NCBI GenBank assembly: GCA_051117555.1
Contig: JBNPEG010000183.1
Span: 1-22,583, forward strand
Length of the DNA: 22,583 bases
Reading direction: 5' to 3'
Origin: Elainellaceae cyanobacterium
GTDB lineage: Bacteria > Cyanobacteriota > Cyanobacteriia > CAZCXK01
Translations under genes and position numbers: made by a program
The notes under the pieces: generated by a model
What the model saw: only the letters and a program-made list of their open reading frames with translations
The model's database searches: none
What the model was told of the DNA's origin: nothing
In this document: positions 17,191 through 22,583 of the stretch, in pieces
Layout of the letters: the number at the start of each line of letters is the position of its first letter
How positions within the stretch are numbered: position 1 is the first letter of the stretch

Positions 17191-18726
17191 TCAACTCAAC
17201 TCAGGGAGATCGGGGGGTTCAGTATCGGGCCATAGCGGGAAATGCATAATCGATTCATCAAACACATTGCCCTCTAAATCAGTTCGGCCCTCTAGATCAG
17301 CCGTACCGCGTCTCACAAGTAATGATGCTCGATAGGGATACATTGCAGTTGGTTCCTTTCTAAGGCGGGGGTTCCGAATGACTTCCTCTGAGACATTCAG
17401 CGAGACAATCGAACTGGTGCAGAGCTGATGTAATTCCTCAAGTTTGTCTTTCGCCGCCGCCGCCGTTCCTCCATACACCGCCATCTGCCGTCCATTCTCT
17501 AGATTTGCAGTGGCTCTAAACTTGCCCCAAACGTAAAATTTAGCGGCCCGCTTGATTTCCTGCCAGCGTAACCCGATTTTGCAGTCTGGTATCGAGTAGG
17601 TCGCCTCTCGGCATCGTGCCCCATCCTCTCGCCGCCACGGGGGTTGATCCTTATCTCGAAACACAATCACCAACTTTCGCCTCTGAATTTGCGCTCGATA
17701 CCAATCAGGAGCGGGTTGACCCACAATCTCTCCCACATCACGGTTATAGAATAGCTGGTGATTGGCTAAGGTTTGGGTCACAGTTGGAATCACCGCATTT
17801 TGCCGTCCTTCAACATAAAACTTTTCTTGTCTAGCAGAGCGATCGGGAATAATGAGCACTCGTCTGTTTGGGCCTAAAATCGTGGGTTGTGTTCGCTTCG
17901 AGGCTTGCCAAAACTCATCAATCGTCCCTGCGATGATGTATCCAGACTCAATGAATGATTCAAAAAACTCCTCAGTGGCTTCCTCGATAAAGATTCTAAG
18001 GAATTCATTCGGAATGGACTCGATCTTCTCCTCAATTGCCCCTGCGATCGTCCATGATTCCCCATCGGGAGCGCCCCAACTTTCAAGCAATGATTGCCCC
18101 GCGTCGTCGGTGCGATTGGCAAATCTGCTTTTAATCGAACTCCTGATCGAGCGATAGGCATTTAGAGCGAGATTGCGTGAGACGGTTGTAATAGATTGCT
18201 GAATAGCAACTTGGAAGTTAACCGCGATTTCCTCAAACGCTTCCTCACCCACATTGCGGGCAATCATCGAGGCTAGCTTAGGCCCTCCAATCACAGGTAA
18301 GGTGTATCCAATTCCAGCACCCACACCCACACCCGTAAGCCAGCCTAATGAACTACCTAACCATCCTCCCCATACAGCCGCTAGAGATAGATTATTACCC
18401 CTAATCATCTGCTGTATTTCGGCATCTGACGCATTGAAATCAAATGTAGAGATCTCCTAGGCCCTACTGACAATCCATTGGAAGGCTCCGACCGCTGTGA
18501 TCCGAAATCGCCTCAATAAACTAGTTCCGAACCCTGTAAACCGTTGTAGAAAGCTAGAGCCTGCTGAGATCAGCGACTCTATCCAGTTGGGGAGAAATCT
18601 TAAGAATCCTTCCTCTGAACCGTCTATAACTTCCCCATCAGGGTTAATCTGTCGAGGTTGATCGCCGGTAACAGATTGCCTGATGGTGCGACTATGTAAA
18701 CTGCCTTTAGCAATGGATAGGGGCAT
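17191..18726 (-). pseudogene. ~511-codon hypothetical virion/membrane protein interrupted by one in-frame TAG (annotated as 89 aa + 405 aa ORFs)
   Basis: ORFs 18457-18726 and 17191-18408 are in the same frame. After TAG (18457-18459) the frame stays open: ...WIVSRA*EISTFDFNASDAEIQQMIRGNNL... Contains a Gly-rich hydrophobic segment. Confidence 0.7.
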
Positions 18727-18738
18727 TAGATCAACGTG

Positions 18739-20469
18739 TTAATCAAGATCATCTTCTTCTATCTGTTCCTCACCCGCTTCATTAATAGAAATCTCGTCAA
18801 TATCTCGCCTTAAGTGAGTGGTTCTACTCCTATCTGTTGGCACTTCTAATGAAAGTAGGAATTTATCCCATTCCCCATCATCATATTGAGTGTCAGGATT
18901 GCGGATATCTCTGATTAAATCTAGAGCCCCTTCACCATTTGGATCGACCTTTCCGGTGCGATACAATGCCCCTTTGATAATTGCAGCCGCAAACAGCAAT
19001 TCTTGAAACATTGCCATTGCTGTATGCGGGTCTGAGTTCTCATACGAGGTGATAAAGTAACTAGAATTATTCAAGAATCTGAACAATCCTGGTGTAGCCT
19101 GCGCTCTACCTGAATCATCAAATTGAATCTGCTTAACATCAAACGCTGAATTGACTCTGCGCTTTTTCTTCTTGATATTCATTCCCAAAAATTCATTATT
19201 CGCAAATGCCAAGTCTTGAGCAATTAATGCCGCATTCTTAGCCGAAATCACCTCAGACGCTAACTTAAGCAAAATGTTAACTGAATGGTCACTGTCTAGT
19301 GCTGTATTCACTGCTAAACCATAGATTTCAGCGAGTGATTCAGCGATGTTTTTCATCTCCACATCAACGTCATTGGTTCCAAGTTCCTCACTGCCTTTTA
19401 CTTTAACTTTGATAGGGAATTGGCCCGCTAACGTGTCAAATTGAAGGATAAACCAGTGCAGTAATTGAGACAGAGAGTCTAATTCTTTCTCTGTGTCTCC
19501 TTCACCATCTAGTAATGATTCGGGAACCGTTACAGGGAAGTCATCAACCGATAAACGTTGAGCGATAATTCTTAATAACTCGTTTGTTTCATCGCAGCTA
19601 CATGGCATTTCTGGATCTCCTGGTGCAAAAGGGGGAGGGGGTATCGGAGTTGGGGATCTGCAATCAGGCCCGCATACAGTACGCCTATTAATAATGCGGC
19701 AATAGTCATCAGGAACTAAACTAACAGATTGGATTGTTGGCGATGGAGCGAAATCATGTCTTACAAACAGATACGGGGGAGCTTGAGTATAGACAGGGTA
19801 TCGACGTTGATAGATGTAAATTCTGCCAGTCGTAGCATACGGTCTTAAATTACTTGCTCCCAGTGATACTTCCAAATACCAACTATTACGAAATTGGTCT
19901 GAGACAAATCGTGTTGAATGAATAGGCCCGCGAATATCGATTGTTTTCAGATTTGAAATTATTCCAGCAATATCAACGCCCTCTGTAAAGCTGACGATGA
20001 ACCGATATACACACGGTCTTGCGGCATAAGATCTTTGCAAAGGCCCGTAAAAATCTCCCCTGTTTCCCCCCGATCCTGGAGGAATTCTGCATGCAGGCTC
20101 TCGATAGCAGAGCGATCCTCGCGGCATTGCTAAGAAAAATAAAACAGGATCGATGTGAATACACCACTCAGCATCACTCGAACTCATGCCAGGCACTAGA
20201 CCAAACATTCTTGGTCTAACAGGCACAATGCCACTGCAATAAGGGGATGTGGGGTAGTTGTCGCAGTCGAGCGGGCTAATAGGTTCATTGGGGGTGGCAT
20301 ACCAACCACTATTTCCCATTGGAACTAAGCCAGAAATCATATCGGCCCCTGGTCGTTGCCGTCCCTCAAACATTTGCCAGCTTCCTTGCTGCCAAAGCGG
20401 GGTATTATTCGCAATTTGTTGCGCTCGTCTTGCTTGCTGGTAATATTCTCCAGCTTGATTTCTAGGCAT
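18739..20469 (-). CDS. Hypothetical 576-aa protein of the integrated element (Cys-rich N-terminus, Pro linker, acidic C-terminal domain)
   Basis: Long ORF within the coupled operon. No family recognised. Confidence 0.8.
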   Translation of the reverse strand: MPRNQAGEYYQQARRAQQIANNTPLWQQGSWQMFEGRQRPGADMISGLVPMGNSGWYATPNEPISPLDCDNYPTSPYCSGIVPVRPRMFGLVPGMSSSDAEWCIHIDPVLFFLAMPRGSLCYREPACRIPPGSGGNRGDFYGPLQRSYAARPCVYRFIVSFTEGVDIAGIISNLKTIDIRGPIHSTRFVSDQFRNSWYLEVSLGASNLRPYATTGRIYIYQRRYPVYTQAPPYLFVRHDFAPSPTIQSVSLVPDDYCRIINRRTVCGPDCRSPTPIPPPPFAPGDPEMPCSCDETNELLRIIAQRLSVDDFPVTVPESLLDGEGDTEKELDSLSQLLHWFILQFDTLAGQFPIKVKVKGSEELGTNDVDVEMKNIAESLAEIYGLAVNTALDSDHSVNILLKLASEVISAKNAALIAQDLAFANNEFLGMNIKKKKRRVNSAFDVKQIQFDDSGRAQATPGLFRFLNNSSYFITSYENSDPHTAMAMFQELLFAAAIIKGALYRTGKVDPNGEGALDLIRDIRNPDTQYDDGEWDKFLLSLEVPTDRSRTTHLRRDIDEISINEAGEEQIEEDDLD

Positions 20470-20645
20470 TAGTCAACCAGGTTTGGAATTGAGTATTGCT
20501 GAATCAGATAGTGATAGCTGACTTGATGAGTCAGTTGTCTAACCATCCAGTAACGTGTCTCTAATCTGCCCATCGGATAGGGCAGTCTCAACGGCTTCTG
20601 AGGTTCGGGAGATTCTAACCCTAGCCACGTATCGAGATTTAGCAT
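20469..20645 (-). CDS. Unannotated 58-aa protein MLNLDTWLGLESPEPQKPLRLPYPMGRLETRYWMVRQLTHQVSYHYLIQQYSIPNLVD
   Basis: Translated by hand. Its ATG (20645-20643) overlaps the upstream TAA and its TAA (20471-20469) overlaps the downstream ATG, so there is TAATG coupling at both ends. Confidence 0.78.
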   Translation of the reverse strand: MLNLDTWLGLESPEPQKPLRLPYPMGRLETRYWMVRQLTHQVSYHYLIQQYSIPNLVD

Positions 20646-21457
20646 TAAACAGCCTCCATGCCGCTAACAGTTGCGTTTCCAGTGGCAACGGCACTGATCA
20701 CCCCTTGCCATAGGTTTGAATGATTGATTTCATGGGTTCCCCCATTCCTTAAAATGGGAATGCCTTGCCCTGTAACAGCGACAGCACCGTAACTGAGATA
20801 AATGTCATGAGTCGGAGATGTATTTACAAAAATAGCCATCTTCCTCTGAGAGTTTGCAGGCAATATCACTTGGGATTGGGTCGTAACTGAGGCCCCAAAA
20901 TTGGTGCTTACGGTCGGTTGTCCGTCACCTGGGAGCGCGTTAGCTTCCTCCCTCACCGATCCAAAGATGGTGATTTCATCGCCTGAGTGAAGCAATCCAT
21001 ACCCCACATCGGTAATGGAGATGCCGATCGCTGAATCTTCAGCCAGATAATATTCAAAATCGCCACAAAAGAATGGCAGTAAATCAACCTGATAGAACGG
21101 GGGACGATTCAAAGCACTGACGCTAAAGATGTGAGTCCATTGGACATAGGCATTCCTCAGCCAAACATCAAATTGCTTGCGGGGTGAATTCCATTCCAGT
21201 TCTCGCAGTGCTGAGAGTCGATCTGTTCTGGAGGTAGTCACATCCATATTCGGTAGCGTTGATTCTGGCAGGCTTTCAATTTTGATTTTGGCTCTCAAAC
21301 TACGGATGATTCCTGAATATCTCAACACGGTTGAGCGGTCATAGGGGGTGAGCCATCCCGGTTCCCATAATGTCTCAATCAACGGTGAGTTGGTGGCATT
21401 TAAAGTCTTCAGAATGGTACGACCTCGAACATATGAATCGAGCAGAATTCCTGCCAT
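20645..21457 (-). CDS. Hypothetical 270-aa beta-rich protein, probable virion structural component
   Basis: First gene of the operon. The C-terminal ~90 aa 'VILPANSQRKMAIFVNTS...IYLSYG...GIPILRNGG...WQGVISAVA' looks like a small beta-sandwich seen in phage proteins (inferred). Confidence 0.75.
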   Translation of the reverse strand: MAGILLDSYVRGRTILKTLNATNSPLIETLWEPGWLTPYDRSTVLRYSGIIRSLRAKIKIESLPESTLPNMDVTTSRTDRLSALRELEWNSPRKQFDVWLRNAYVQWTHIFSVSALNRPPFYQVDLLPFFCGDFEYYLAEDSAIGISITDVGYGLLHSGDEITIFGSVREEANALPGDGQPTVSTNFGASVTTQSQVILPANSQRKMAIFVNTSPTHDIYLSYGAVAVTGQGIPILRNGGTHEINHSNLWQGVISAVATGNATVSGMEAV

Positions 21458-21515
21458 AGTTACTAGAAAAATTTGAAGGTTTTAGAGAGTTGTTTCGGAG
21501 TCAAACGAAATATCA

Positions 21516-21530
21516 GAACCCTTAGGGTTC
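21516..21530. promoter_or_regulatory. Palindrome GAACCCTTAGGGTTC in the divergent intergenic region (putative operator)
   Basis: 7-1-7 perfect inverted repeat between the divergent starts at 21457 and 21652. Confidence 0.4.
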
Positions 21531-21651
21531 CTATATGTTTTAACACCTTCTTGTATTTCTGAAAATCCTGTAAATACACGGATTGACGGGATCTATTTGA
21601 ACAAATTATCAAAGGAGTAGCGTTATTCAAATTGATGAGAGGTTCATCCTT

Positions 21652-22002
21652 ATGCCCGATTTTAGCTTTGATTTATTGCGGCAAAAATTACCCACTAATG
21701 CCATTGTCTCAGATGGAGCCAATAGTGATGTTGTCGTCTCGTTAAAGGCATTAATGGGAGAATCATCTGTTGGTTTAACCGACACAAAAGTAGGTGAAGC
21801 CGTTCATAAATTGCTGTTGGCGTGTCAGCAAGCACAATCCACACACAATGAAACAGCAACGCCTGCAATGAATGCATTTCCTACTGTTACGCCTGGGACA
21901 GCTCGACAGGGAAGTGATGGCAATTGGTATAGCACTTTTAACCATACTGTTGCTATTCGTGTTCCTCTCGATCCAAATGCTGCACAGGGTTCAACGATCT
22001 AA
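21652..22002 (+). CDS. Hypothetical 116-aa protein of the integrated element
   Basis: ATG preceded by a GAGAGG RBS-like motif. Globular-looking composition. No family recognised. Confidence 0.72.
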   Translation: MPDFSFDLLRQKLPTNAIVSDGANSDVVVSLKALMGESSVGLTDTKVGEAVHKLLLACQQAQSTHNETATPAMNAFPTVTPGTARQGSDGNWYSTFNHTVAIRVPLDPNAAQGSTI

Positions 22003-22088
22003 AGCGATTTGGTTTGTTCTGCTGGTTGTACGTTACCAGGGCAGTAAAGCAAACTGCCCTACTTTGTAAACCTTTGGGAGTTTAATAA

Positions 22089-22475
22089 ATGGCCCGTAGA
22101 GATTCTAAACGAGTGGTCTATGTTCCAATGACAAACCTCGGCATCAATTATGGGTTTTTGACCAACATTGATGATGGAGATTCGGGGATTTTAGGTCAAG
22201 TTGCGGTAACAGGTAACTATCCCGATAACTTTGTCTTAGGGGCAAATGCCCCCAAACCGCCGAGGGCTAGCAGGATTCGCATTACTGGATCAACTACTAG
22301 CTTTATTGCCCCTGCACAGATAACTACTGCTCGCGCCGCAGGTTGGCGACTGGTGAAACGAACACGAACGAGAGCGGGGGCAAATACCCTGCGATCAACA
22401 GCAGTTTATATCAACCTGGCGGGTATCAAGTACGCATGGAATATCCCGGATGATACGCTTAGGATCGTGGATTAA
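22089..22475 (+). CDS. Hypothetical basic protein with an internal repeat, probably truncated at the C-terminus
   Basis: GGGAG RBS-like motif upstream. Repeat 1 'VVYVPMTNLGINYGF...GANAPKPPRA'; repeat 2 begins 'AVYINLAGIKYAW' and stops about 11 codons later. Confidence 0.7.
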   Translation: MARRDSKRVVYVPMTNLGINYGFLTNIDDGDSGILGQVAVTGNYPDNFVLGANAPKPPRASRIRITGSTTSFIAPAQITTARAAGWRLVKRTRTRAGANTLRSTAVYINLAGIKYAWNIPDDTLRIVD

Positions 22476-22583
22476 ATAAGCTGTAATTCCACCTTCTGCA
22501 TCTGTAAGCTAGAGAAGTAGACGATGAGCCGGAAAACCAATGCGCCCCTACCCTGCTCCCATTGAAGCTCAAATGCAACGGTA
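22463..22583 (+). mobile_element. Possible left end of a degenerate IS1-like insertion sequence
   Basis: GATCGTGGATTAAATAAG resembles IS1-type terminal repeats from cyanobacteria (recalled). An ORF from ATG 22524 reads MSRKTNAPLPCSH*SSNATV, a CxxC zinc-ribbon start with the second Cys replaced by TGA. Confidence 0.4.

Larger units (their letters stand above)
15872..22583. mobile_element. Integrated provirus-like element at tRNA-Cys (left portion; continues past the window)
   Basis: Bounded by the tRNA-Cys 3' fragment. HIP1 density drops sharply. Coupled operon of hypothetical proteins including a tail-collar domain protein. No integrase visible in the window. Confidence 0.8.

Noticed and set aside
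21463..21630. Open minus-strand frame of about 55 codons upstream of the 270-aa gene
   Set aside because: Only TTG/GTG starts, no clear RBS, and it would fill the divergent promoter region.
15992..22583. Diversity-generating retroelement or contractile injection system
   Set aside because: No reverse transcriptase or template/variable repeat pair was seen, and no recognisable sheath, tube or baseplate genes; only the collar-domain gene fits.

Overview
Chromosomal window from a cyanobacterium, probably filamentous: HIP1 GCGATCGC octamers are dense and a SepJ-like gene is present. Bases 1 to about 15,870 are ordinary host DNA: a LivF/NatE-type ABC ATPase, a 7Fe ferredoxin, hisZ, a DnaJ-TPR protein, a SuhB-family inositol monophosphatase, a 2Fe-2S ferredoxin, tRNA-Ser(GGA), SepJ, Tex, a FecR plus CHASE2 histidine kinase pair, a SPOR protein, two small membrane proteins, small palindromic repeat elements and a Uma2 endonuclease. 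At 15872-15918 there is only the 3' half of tRNA-Cys(GCA), which looks like an att site, with tandem 10-bp repeats just inside it that resemble integrase arm sites. From there to the right edge lies a HIP1-poor integrated element. It carries a tightly coupled minus-strand operon of uncharacterised, virion-like proteins (270 aa, an unannotated 58 aa ORF, 576 aa, a ~511-codon frame broken by one in-frame TAG, a tail-collar protein and a putative fibre-assembly partner), plus two divergent small genes. The second small gene appears truncated by an IS1-like insertion at the window end. No canonical tailed-phage hallmark gene is recognisable in the visible part, so this may be a cryptic provirus of a poorly described cyanobacterial lineage. 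Its other end lies outside the window.
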